From an uncultured Desulfobacterales bacterium (lineage in GTDB: Bacteria > Desulfobacterota > DSM-4660 > Desulfatiglandales > HGW-15), in assembly GCA_964512335.1 (NCBI GenBank), contig CAZEIA010000001.1, forward strand, positions 1 through 60,645: 60,645 nt of DNA. Reading direction: 5' to 3'. Below, one piece after another: positions 9,539-18,169 of this stretch. A model generated the notes under the pieces. That model did no database searches, had not been told where the DNA came from, and saw only the letters and a program-made list of their open reading frames with translations. The position numbers were made by a program, and so were the translations under genes. Each line of letters begins with the position of its first letter. The first letter of the stretch is position 1.

Positions 9539-10516
9539 TCATTGGGAAACCAGGCAATCTACCCCCAACCTTTTGAAAAGGCTCTGTGCACGCTCTACGG
9601 TCCGCTGATCTGCCGCCGGCTTTGCGCCCATGGGGTATTTGCGGGATAAAGCCTCATATTTGCCAACTCCCAGCCTGTGATATGGCATGAGTTCCAGCCC
9701 TTGGCAGCTAGGTCCGCAAGATTTTACAATGCGGCTGGTTTGGGCAATATTTTCTTCGGAGTCGTTAATGTCGGGTACCAAGGGCATCCGGATCAGAAAG
9801 GGCACTTGGCTGTCGGAAACCAGGCGCAGGTTCTGCAGAATAAGATGGTTGTCCCACCCCGTGTGCTTGAAATGCAGGCGGGAATCGGCCAGCTTGATGT
9901 CAAAAAGCACATAATCCACCAGCTGCAAAATATCTGCCAGGGCCTGTCTGCTTCCAGCCCCGCAGGTCTCTAAAGCCGTGTTCAGGCCATCATCGCGCGC
10001 CTTGCTCAGAACCTGGGAGGCAAAAGCCGGTTGGGTAAGCGGCTCCCCGCCCGAAAGCGTCAGTCCGCCTCCGGAGCGTCTGTAAAACGGCCGATCCCTG
10101 ACTACCTCCGCGGCCACTTGCTCCACGGTCATTTCTTGGCCATACAGACGTAGCGCGCCGGGGAAGCATTCATCTTGACACCGGCCACAGCCATCACAAA
10201 GCTCTCTGTGTATGCGGGGTGAGCCGTCCTCCTCCGGGGTCAGAGCCTGGTTGGGGCACCGGTTAAAGCATTGGCCGCAGAGGTTGCACCTTGTGCGGAT
10301 GAAACCCAACTCGGGGCCGAAGTTTTGGGATTCGGGATTGGAGCACCAGTCGCAGGTCAAGGGACAGCCCTTCAAGAACACGATGGTTCGAATCCCGGGC
10401 CCGTCGTGCAAGGAATAGCGTTGTATATTGAACACACACCCTGTGGCCGAGGCTTTTAGGCCTGTTCGACCCAAGTCCTGCTTTGGCGGTAATATAGCGT
10501 TTCCAAGCTCGGGCAA
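9539..10516 (-). CDS. glycyl-radical enzyme activating enzyme (radical SAM, two extra ferredoxin-type clusters)
   Basis: HDGPGIRTIVFLKGCPLTCDWCSNPE is the CxxxCxxC of PFL-AE-like activases. It also carries CNLCGQCFNRCP and CDGCGRCQDEC. It starts 4 nt after the GRE stop. Confidence 0.9.
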   Translation of the reverse strand: MPELGNAILPPKQDLGRTGLKASATGCVFNIQRYSLHDGPGIRTIVFLKGCPLTCDWCSNPESQNFGPELGFIRTRCNLCGQCFNRCPNQALTPEEDGSPRIHRELCDGCGRCQDECFPGALRLYGQEMTVEQVAAEVVRDRPFYRRSGGGLTLSGGEPLTQPAFASQVLSKARDDGLNTALETCGAGSRQALADILQLVDYVLFDIKLADSRLHFKHTGWDNHLILQNLRLVSDSQVPFLIRMPLVPDINDSEENIAQTSRIVKSCGPSCQGLELMPYHRLGVGKYEALSRKYPMGAKPAADQRTVERAQSLFKRLGVDCLVSQ

Positions 10517-10520
10517 CTTC

Positions 10521-12986
10521 TTACAGCTCCTGATTTGTCCTGTTTATGATTTCCTGCTGGATCATCGGGGGCAGGTCCACGAAATATGCGCTATATCCTC
10601 CCACCCTGATCACCAGGTCCCGGAAAGATTCAGGGTCGTCCACCGCCTTGAGCAGGGTTTCCCTGTCCACAATGTTGAATTGGATCTGGTAACCCAGATA
10701 GTCGAAGAAGAAGGTCCGGATCAAAGTTATCAGCTTGGCTATGTTTTGATCGGTATTGAGCATGGCGGCGCTCATCTTCTGGTTGAGAACAGCGCTACGG
10801 TTGGAATGGGTATCCACCGCCTTACCCACCGAACAGATCACCGCGGTGGGGCCCTTGCGATCGGCACCAGCCATGGGCGAAATGCCTCCATCGCTCAAGC
10901 AGTCGTAGGCTTTTCTGCCGTCGGGCAGCGCGCCCACATACTGGCCGTGCTGAAAATGCAGCCCAGCGCCGGATCGCATGTCCTTCACCGGGTAGCCGAA
11001 TGGATTAAGCATGGAGCGTATGTCCTGGGAGTTCCAGTGTGACAGTTCGGACATAACTGCGTCAGGCTCCTCCTCGTCGTTGCCGAATTTGGGTGCGGCG
11101 GAAAGCCTCTCGCGTATGCGCTCGAACTCCGGTCCTTGAAAATTAGACCGGCAAGCCTGTAAGATATCATCCACAGTGAGCCTTTTTTCCTGGTAGGCCC
11201 ACTTATCTATGGCTGAAAGGGCGTCAGCCACATTGGCCCTCACCGGTTCATAGGTGGGCATGTGGCTCTGCGGATAACGGACTCCGTCGCGCAGGACATC
11301 GCGGCCTTTCTGGAGGCAATCATTGGTCAGCGCGGAACAGAAAGGCAGCGCGTGCATCTGGGCTCGCACATGCCAGCCGAAGTTGAATATCTCGTGGAAA
11401 TAGCGGTGAAAGTGCCTTTGTTGCTTCTTCCAGGCCTCGATCCAGTCCTTGATGCCGCCAAAGGACCGGGGGTCACCGGTTTCTAGGCCCACCTGGCGGC
11501 CAGTTCGGGGATCGAAGCCGTTGTACATGACCAATTCCAGGCTCTTGGCCGTATTCAGGGATGGGCCCATGCCATGCATGCCCTCGGATTCAGTGATGTA
11601 TGCATGAACGCAGCCTACACCCGCGTAGTTCCTGGCCTCCTGCACAGGGTATCCGTCTTCCAGGAAGTTCTGGATAATCCTCTTGTCATTCATGAAGGCA
11701 GGGCCGCCGCCCCCGATGACCTTGTTGGCCAGGACGGCGTAGTAGAGAAGCTCATCCGGACTCTGTTCGTGCACTCTTACATACACACCTACCCGCAGTT
11801 TCAGTTCATGGACCACCCTGAGAATGTTATAGGTGAGCTCCCGGGTGGCGTCTTCGCCCTCCTTGTCCACCCCGCCTAAAAATATATGAGTCCCAGTGTT
11901 GCCCGGGCCTATCTGTGTCCATACCTCTCCGGTCTTTAGGTTATCCATCTCGTTAATTTTAAGTACCAAAAGCGCAAGCAGCTCCAGGGCTTGGGCCCTT
12001 GTAACCCGCCCGTCTGCCAAGTCCCTCTCATAAAATTCATTGAGCAGTTGATCCAATCGTCCCAGGATCTCACCAAAGCCGGCGGTCTCCAGATTTAGCC
12101 CCAGTTGCACAAAGCGCAGACTTTGGATGGCCTCGCGGAAGGTCCTGGCTGGATGCTCAGGCACCCTTCGGCAGATATGCGCTATCTCCAGAAGTTCCTC
12201 GCGTCTCGTTGGGTCTGGTTCGGTCATAGCCAAGCTTTCGGCCAGGTCAGCATAACGGCGAGCGTAATCCACCAGAGCCTCAAGGGTGATTACCGTCGCT
12301 TGCAACATGCTGTACTTCTCCAGGTCCTCGTGCTTCTGGAAATTGAGCCGTCCCATCTCCTGCTTGGCCTCAGCGATTATGCCGGTCAAGCCATTTTTCA
12401 GAACTTTCTCGTAATTTGCGCCCCGGCCGAGCCCCCAGGTTCCCTCAAAGGGGCGGCACAGTATGATGCCTGAGGTGGCTAATTGGGAGATATCGATGTC
12501 GAAGCGTTCATTGATCCTTTCAAATAGCTTGTCCTGAGGGTTGCGAGGCTTCCAGTAGGCCAGATTTTCCTTGATCATTTCCAGATTGTGATCGTCCAGC
12601 TCGCATGGGGCTCCGGTGCCCAGAATGAGGTTGCCTTCTAGAATGGCTTCGCTTACTCCGGTGGTCCAGTCATCAAAGGTGTGGGCGCCCTTTACGCAAT
12701 CGGTTTGAGAACCTACCACCAGTTCCTGATCGAAAATACCGATTGGTACCTCGCGGCAGATGCGGGCAAAAACCTTGGCTCGCCGTACATATATGTGGTC
12801 ACCCTCGGATTCCTGCCAGGCTCGGGCGGCGGCTCGTGAGCGGTGACCCCGGATTACAGTACGGGCGGCGCTCCATTCTTGTTTGCGCTTTTTGACTCTT
12901 TCGGTCAAAACCGGAATCTTGTATATTCGTTCGACAATTGCATTGATACCTTGGGAATGGTCCAGTTTTCTAGCTGTAGACTCCAT
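10521..12986 (-). CDS. glycyl radical enzyme, PFL2/eliminase-like fold, substrate unknown; atypical Cys loop G-C-V-H
   Basis: C-terminal glycyl radical motif IRVGGYSAYFVDL..QQEIINRT (Gly797, codon 10596-10598). Cys loop AGVGCVHAYITESEG (Cys459 codon 11610-11612; His461 codon 11604-11606). N-terminus is typical of the PFL2 class (VRRAKVFARICREVPIGIFDQELVVG). Confidence 0.9.
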   Translation of the reverse strand: MESTARKLDHSQGINAIVERIYKIPVLTERVKKRKQEWSAARTVIRGHRSRAAARAWQESEGDHIYVRRAKVFARICREVPIGIFDQELVVGSQTDCVKGAHTFDDWTTGVSEAILEGNLILGTGAPCELDDHNLEMIKENLAYWKPRNPQDKLFERINERFDIDISQLATSGIILCRPFEGTWGLGRGANYEKVLKNGLTGIIAEAKQEMGRLNFQKHEDLEKYSMLQATVITLEALVDYARRYADLAESLAMTEPDPTRREELLEIAHICRRVPEHPARTFREAIQSLRFVQLGLNLETAGFGEILGRLDQLLNEFYERDLADGRVTRAQALELLALLVLKINEMDNLKTGEVWTQIGPGNTGTHIFLGGVDKEGEDATRELTYNILRVVHELKLRVGVYVRVHEQSPDELLYYAVLANKVIGGGGPAFMNDKRIIQNFLEDGYPVQEARNYAGVGCVHAYITESEGMHGMGPSLNTAKSLELVMYNGFDPRTGRQVGLETGDPRSFGGIKDWIEAWKKQQRHFHRYFHEIFNFGWHVRAQMHALPFCSALTNDCLQKGRDVLRDGVRYPQSHMPTYEPVRANVADALSAIDKWAYQEKRLTVDDILQACRSNFQGPEFERIRERLSAAPKFGNDEEEPDAVMSELSHWNSQDIRSMLNPFGYPVKDMRSGAGLHFQHGQYVGALPDGRKAYDCLSDGGISPMAGADRKGPTAVICSVGKAVDTHSNRSAVLNQKMSAAMLNTDQNIAKLITLIRTFFFDYLGYQIQFNIVDRETLLKAVDDPESFRDLVIRVGGYSAYFVDLPPMIQQEIINRTNQEL

Positions 12987-13005
12987 TATTATCCTCCTTT
13001 GAGCC

Positions 13006-13836
13006 TCAGGGCCTTTTTTGGGCTAATGGTTTAGACTGCAACCCGCCGCCAAAAAAATTGGAGGCTTTTGCGACCGCTTCCTGTAACATGTCTACTACTG
13101 AAATTGTTTTAGCGTTGATGCGTTCTTTGGGGCCGGCTACCGTCAGACTTCCCACCACGGACATGTCGTTTTTGAATACCGGTGCGGCGATCGCCGTCAC
13201 CCCTAGATTGACTTCTTGGTCGGCAATGTAGTAGCCCTGCCTGCGTATGGTTTCCAGTTGGGCCTCAATTGCTTCCCTGAAAACCGGGGTATAGGGGGTC
13301 AAGGGTTCCATGCGGGCTTCCTCCAGATACTGCTCTATAAAATCAGGCTCCTGAAAGGCCAGCAGAACCTTTGAGGCTGCGCCTGCATACAAGGGCAGAC
13401 TGGTGCCCACTTCCAGACTCAATTTGATGAGTTGCCTGGACTCCTTCTTTACCAGGCAGACCCCGTGAAAACCACGGCGCACCGTGAACAGAATGGTTTC
13501 GTCCAGTGCTTCCAGGAGTTGTTCCATATAGAAGACCACACCTTCCACAAAATCCGTGGGACTTCCTGCCACATCCCCCAGTTGGGCTAGCATGAACCCC
13601 ACTCGGTAGTGCTTGTCCTTGCTGTTGCGCATTAAAAACCCAGCGTCCACAAGGGTTTCAAGATAACGGTAGATGGTGCTGTGAGGGAGGCCTACTCGAT
13701 CAGCCAGCTTACGGGCCGTTAGTTCGTTGTCTTCATTGTTGAAGCAGCTTAGGATCTCCAACCCTTTCTGGAGTGCTGCGATCTTTTTCTGGCTCATTGT
13801 TCTTGCCTGGTGAGATAACTGTCTTTCTCTGTGCAT
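13006..13836 (-). CDS. IclR-family transcriptional regulator
   Basis: N-terminal winged HTH (ALQKGLEILSCF..LTARKLADRVGLPHSTIYRYLETL) plus an IclR effector domain. It ends 19 nt upstream of the GRE start. The start is uncertain (13836 or 13797). Confidence 0.85.
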   Translation of the reverse strand: MHRERQLSHQARTMSQKKIAALQKGLEILSCFNNEDNELTARKLADRVGLPHSTIYRYLETLVDAGFLMRNSKDKHYRVGFMLAQLGDVAGSPTDFVEGVVFYMEQLLEALDETILFTVRRGFHGVCLVKKESRQLIKLSLEVGTSLPLYAGAASKVLLAFQEPDFIEQYLEEARMEPLTPYTPVFREAIEAQLETIRRQGYYIADQEVNLGVTAIAAPVFKNDMSVVGSLTVAGPKERINAKTISVVDMLQEAVAKASNFFGGGLQSKPLAQKRP

Positions 13837-14632
13837 AATAAGTGAATCGGATTCATTGAGTCAAGTAATTTTTTTGCCAAGCGGAAACCATCCATCTATG
13901 GTTCAAATGGCCGCACAGTTTTAGAATCCATGACCCTGGAGGGCTCCCGCCCTATCATATGGGCAGCGCCAACGAGAAAAATGAAACTGCTAGCCTAGCT
14001 TAATTCCAGTTGATAATGATGGTTCTTAAATTATTATAATATATATTTATTTATTATATAGACTAGCATTTAAATGTAATTTTAAGCGTCGTTAGAAAGA
14101 TATTAAAAGTATTTAGGTGCAATTAAAATGAGTGATAATGGTAGAATAGATCCGTGCAAATGAAAGCCCGCCGGTTTTACATGAATACGGTTCGATATGT
14201 CGAGCGGCCTTTTTGGGCCGTACTCATGCTGTACCTGGCAAAGCAGCACTTCCCTGCTTATTGAACATTCGAAGATAAGCCTTCGGGTCCTGGTCGAAGC
14301 CGTTTTCCCAAGGAGGGAGTTGTCTCCGATGAAATTTTCTGGTTTTCGAGGATAGGGCTGTACCACCGGCGGATTCGTACCATCCCAAACTTTCATGATT
14401 CGGCAAGAATCACATAGGCAATAACCTACTGAGACAGAGTCCGGTTTTTAGGCGTCAAGAAGGGGGTAACCTTACTTGTGCAATGGCCGTGGGCTTGGTG
14501 ATTTTGGCTCCATTCTTTTCTGGATACCCCCTGCTGCTACCCTCTTGGAAACCTTGAAAGTGTGCCTTGTGCTGTGCCTATCAGGTAGCAAATTCCAAAA
14601 AATCCCCAACATTTCCAAAGACTTTCTGACAT

Positions 14633-14676
14633 AAAAAAGGCCGGTGTGTCAGGTTGATTCCCTAATATCGCCGGCT
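14633..14676 (-). terminator. possible intrinsic terminator downstream of the ANL gene
   Basis: On the minus strand, AGCCGGCG..(22-nt loop)..CACCGGCC is followed by TTTTTT. The stem is short and the loop large, so the call is weak. Confidence 0.35.
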
Positions 14677-14819
14677 TCACGTTGAGTCCCGTTTTCGTCT
14701 CTAAATTGGTCGGGGGTCATTCCCTCACATACACATCAGTTTCCATTTCATCTTGATCCCGCGGTTGCGTAGTTTTAAGCGGCTCATACCGCCCTCCGCC
14801 TTAACATGCCTCCTGGTGA

Positions 14820-16328
14820 TTAGGCGTGCTCCATTTTGACGGCTGCCCGGTCGATCATGCCCTCATCGGTCTTGGGCAGAGATTCGACATAAACAACATG
14901 CCTGGGCTTTTTGTATCCGGCCAAACGCGAAGCGACAAAGGCGGCCAATTCTTCCTCGTTTTGCGAAGCCCCGGCCCGCAGAACACATACCGCCTTGACG
15001 GCTTCGCCCCACCGGTCATCAGGCACGCCTATGACGCAGACCTCCGTTATGGAATCATGCTCCCGCAGGACCTGTTCCACTTCGGCGGGATAGACATTCT
15101 CACCTCCTGTCTTAATCAATTCCTTGGCGGGCATGCGGCCTGCGTAAAATAGATATCCCTGGTCATCCATACGGCCCATATCACCGGTGTGGTGCCAGCC
15201 GTTTCGGAGGGTCCAAGCCGAGTCCTCCTCCAGCCCCCGGTAACCAAGGAAAACACAGGGCGATTTTACGCAGATCTCCCCGACCGTGTTCACACCTACT
15301 TCGTTTTCTGCCTCGTCCACGATTCTTATTCTGGCCAGTGGAGCTGGACGGCCTGCACTGTCAGGCATATCCTCCAACCAGCCGATTGTTACGCTCATGG
15401 CTTCTGTCTGTCCGAACATGACGCTGAATCTGGCCTGGGGGGCAATCTGTTGAAACCGCTGGATTGATTCAGGGGGGTTCAGACCTCCAATGAATTTGAG
15501 GCTTTCCAATCTCCTCTTCTTTTCCTCCTGCTTATCGACCAGGTGTTCGAGCATCGGTGGAAAGCTGTACATTATGGTGGCCTTTTCCCTCTCTATCAAA
15601 TCCAGGGTCTGATCGGCGTCGAATTTTTCTTGAATTACATTTTTCCCTCCCGCCTGCATGACGGCCATGGAGAGGGAGAGCCCTGCTATGTGAAACAGCG
15701 GCAGAAAACAGGGGTGAGCATCAGAAGGACCCAGATTGAAATAGCAGCCCAGGGAGGTGCTGATGGCTGCAATATTGCCCTGGCTGAGTTCGGCTCCCTT
15801 GGATCGACCGGCCACTGCAGCGGTATATATGATTGCATAGGGCGCCGCAGCGGGGACTTCCGCTTCGCTCACTACGCTACAGTCATAAAGGGACTCAAGC
15901 GGAGCATAGCTCCCCTGTGCCTTCCGCCCGACGACATAGCGGGATTTTACGGATAACAGGCCAGTCTCCGCCTGAAGGCTTATTTCATGGAAGTCAGGGG
16001 AAACCACCAGGAAGGCGGGAGAGGAGTTTTCAAAAATGTATTGAAGCTCTCCGGGGCTCAAACGCCAGTTGACCGGCACCACAACGAACCCGCCCAAGGC
16101 CGCTGCTCCGTAAAGAAGCATGTACTCGAGACTGTTATGGGCGATCAGGGCGATGCGGTCGCCCGGCAGTGCGCCTGCGGCCTGGAAGCCTCCGCACAAT
16201 CGCCGGCATGCCTCCAGGTAACCGGCAAAGGTCACCCTGCTCGATCCATAGACAAGGGCTTCACGTTCGGGGAATACCTGGGCGTTTCTCATAATCATGT
16301 CCATGAGGCTGAAATCGCGAACAGTCAT
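14820..16328 (-). CDS. ANL-superfamily (AMP-dependent synthetase/ligase-like) protein with degenerate core motifs
   Basis: ANL motifs GQTEA, HHTGDMG and GRMPAKELIKTGGENV are present. The P-loop reads YTAAVAGRSKGA and the C-terminal motif reads LPKTDEGMIDR, with Met where the A10 Lys is expected. Confidence 0.8.
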   Translation of the reverse strand: MTVRDFSLMDMIMRNAQVFPEREALVYGSSRVTFAGYLEACRRLCGGFQAAGALPGDRIALIAHNSLEYMLLYGAAALGGFVVVPVNWRLSPGELQYIFENSSPAFLVVSPDFHEISLQAETGLLSVKSRYVVGRKAQGSYAPLESLYDCSVVSEAEVPAAAPYAIIYTAAVAGRSKGAELSQGNIAAISTSLGCYFNLGPSDAHPCFLPLFHIAGLSLSMAVMQAGGKNVIQEKFDADQTLDLIEREKATIMYSFPPMLEHLVDKQEEKKRRLESLKFIGGLNPPESIQRFQQIAPQARFSVMFGQTEAMSVTIGWLEDMPDSAGRPAPLARIRIVDEAENEVGVNTVGEICVKSPCVFLGYRGLEEDSAWTLRNGWHHTGDMGRMDDQGYLFYAGRMPAKELIKTGGENVYPAEVEQVLREHDSITEVCVIGVPDDRWGEAVKAVCVLRAGASQNEEELAAFVASRLAGYKKPRHVVYVESLPKTDEGMIDRAAVKMEHA

Positions 16329-16462
16329 TCTCGGCTCCTCTCCGTTGGAATTTACAGATTATGCATCTGTCCTCTTAAAGACCCAAGAGACTTTGGCAGA
16401 GCTGATTTTCGAGAATAGCAGAACTGAACAAGACACAGGTGTATCGTTTGATCGCTGTCATA

Positions 16463-17299
16463 TTATTTCAGCCCCAGCCTGTGGAGCCAGTCAAAGACAA
16501 CCTTTTCCAGGGACCTTTCCGCGCCTATGTAGTAGTGGTCTCCACCTGGAATGATGGCGAATTCGCGAGGATCAGCCCTGACGGCATGTTCATACACGAG
16601 CCGGCTGTATTCCATGAACATCGAATCGCGTTCACAGATGGTGATCAAGATAGGGATGTCCAGCTCGTCTATGTACCCACACATATCCATGCTGGTGCTT
16701 GGGCCCCAAACGGAAAGGAATGTCCTGGCCGTGCAGATAATAGGTGAGGGTCCGTGGTGCCGGAAGATGACAAACCGTTCTCCCTGTCCGGTATTGACCA
16801 GATCGGTGGCATCACTTACGGCCTTGTCATATTGCACGTCCAGATAGTATTTCCACGCGTCCCTCATCAGTACCGGAGGGGTGCAAAGGATCAATGAGAT
16901 GACATCGGGATCCGGTTTCAGGAAATGGGAGTAGACAACTTTGGACGTACCATAGCTGTGCGCGATAACAACCAGCCGCCGGTATCCCCTTTGCTTCAAC
17001 AAACGCAGCCCGGCGGCGATATCCTTGGGGCTGTCCTCAAACTGCTCTTTCAGCAGGCCGATGCAAGGTTCTCCGTCAGCCACTGTACCGTAATCATGGC
17101 CACGGTTGTTGAGCGAAAGGCACGCAATGCCGTTCGCTGCGAGTGCACCGGGTAAAAATCTTCCCAGGCCTGTATAAAAGTTACCCCATGCTCCGTGAGT
17201 GACAAGAGAGGCTGTCGGTGAGGGGGCTTCAGGCTCGTAAAGTGCTCCGTCAAGCCTTACTCCATCTTCTGTGCGGGTGCTGACCAAGTCAATCTGCAT
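16463..17299 (-). CDS. alpha/beta-fold hydrolase
   Basis: Nucleophile elbow VVIAHSYGTS. Overall alpha/beta hydrolase pattern over 278 aa. Confidence 0.65.
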   Translation of the reverse strand: MQIDLVSTRTEDGVRLDGALYEPEAPSPTASLVTHGAWGNFYTGLGRFLPGALAANGIACLSLNNRGHDYGTVADGEPCIGLLKEQFEDSPKDIAAGLRLLKQRGYRRLVVIAHSYGTSKVVYSHFLKPDPDVISLILCTPPVLMRDAWKYYLDVQYDKAVSDATDLVNTGQGERFVIFRHHGPSPIICTARTFLSVWGPSTSMDMCGYIDELDIPILITICERDSMFMEYSRLVYEHAVRADPREFAIIPGGDHYYIGAERSLEKVVFDWLHRLGLK

Positions 17300-17347
17300 A
17301 TAATATCGCCTTATTAATGTCCTTTTTTGTCCGCAAGGCGCTTCCGA

Positions 17348-17920
17348 CTACAGCTCTATACCACGCCTGGCCGGTAACCCACTGTAATAGGGGTGCTTTT
17401 TCTGGATAAACTCGGTGGCATAATCTACGGCCCGGACTATTTCATCGGGAGCATCGCTTCCGGTCATCACAAGCTCGACATTTCCACGGCAGAGTTCCAT
17501 CAGCTCTGTTACCGATTCGACAGTCAGTACGCCGAAGATCAAGGTGTTCAGGATTTCGTCGCACACCAGGACATCTGCACCGTTTTCAACTGCCTCGTGC
17601 GCGTGCTCCAGGGCTTTGCGGGAATGCTCCAGATGAACGGCTTCAGGTCCGCTCGGCTTGATAAAGGGATGACGTCCCGGGCAGTAATATTTGATGCGGG
17701 GAATCCAGCGCAACACATCAACCTCTCCGGAATCGCCGGACTTCATGAACTGGATGAAGGTGACCCGAAGTCCGGCGCCGGTCGCCCTGACCGCCAGGCC
17801 GATCGCCCGGGTTGTCTTACCGGATCCTCGACCATAACAAGCATGGATCATCCCTTTGACAGAATAAATGTCGCCGTTTTCCTGCTTTTGAGGGTAGTAA
17901 CTCATTTCGCGGATCTCCAA
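17348..17920 (-). CDS. cobO: ATP:cob(I)alamin adenosyltransferase, CobO/BtuR type
   Basis: P-loop YGRGSGKTTRAIGLAVRA, plus FIQFMK and LVCDEILN motifs. Its ~190-aa length is typical of CobA/CobO. Confidence 0.8.
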   Translation of the reverse strand: MEIREMSYYPQKQENGDIYSVKGMIHACYGRGSGKTTRAIGLAVRATGAGLRVTFIQFMKSGDSGEVDVLRWIPRIKYYCPGRHPFIKPSGPEAVHLEHSRKALEHAHEAVENGADVLVCDEILNTLIFGVLTVESVTELMELCRGNVELVMTGSDAPDEIVRAVDYATEFIQKKHPYYSGLPARRGIEL

Positions 17921-18036
17921 GTCAATGCGCTGTAGGCCTTATTGCCGCTTGTCAGCGGATTCTTTATACAACAGAATAGTACAGTCACTTAGTGCATAGT
18001 GCCCAAAAATACGATTACGTATTCTTCTTCCCCCCT

Positions 18037-18100
18037 CTTCGTGATCTTCGTGGCATAAAAAGCCTCTATTTTACCACGAAGGACACGAAGAACACGAAGG
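18037..18100. repeat. REP-like imperfect palindrome built from CACGAAG heptamers
   Basis: CTTCGTGATCTTCGTGG, then a 20-nt loop, then CCACGAAGGACACGAAG followed by AACACGAAGG. The arms match at 15 of 17 positions. It is intergenic, between cobO and the dehydrogenase gene. Confidence 0.7.
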
Positions 18101-18169
18101 AGGCAGTGGTAAAATTCCGTGCATGATTTGGTGCAGTACTTACGGGAAAGCCTAATCAGTTGGAATAAT

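Noticed and set aside
10428-11042. Long antisense or shadow ORFs inside GC-rich genes. Other examples are 38212-38769, 39433-40017, 44324-45058, 47470-48342, 51461-52159 and 52855-53400.
   Set aside because: They lie opposite or out of frame to genes with strong family signatures. They have Arg/Pro/Gly-rich low-complexity translations typical of GC-rich shadow frames and lack ribosome-binding sites.
10521-12986. The GRE as an alkyl- or benzylsuccinate synthase, suggested by the nearby CoA ligase, mutase and beta-oxidation genes.
   Set aside because: There are no small beta/gamma subunit ORFs and the Cys loop is GCVH, not the X-succinate-synthase type. The operon encodes a TRAP importer for an anionic solute. 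The mutase lacks the carboxylate-binding Arg expected for a succinyl-type substrate.
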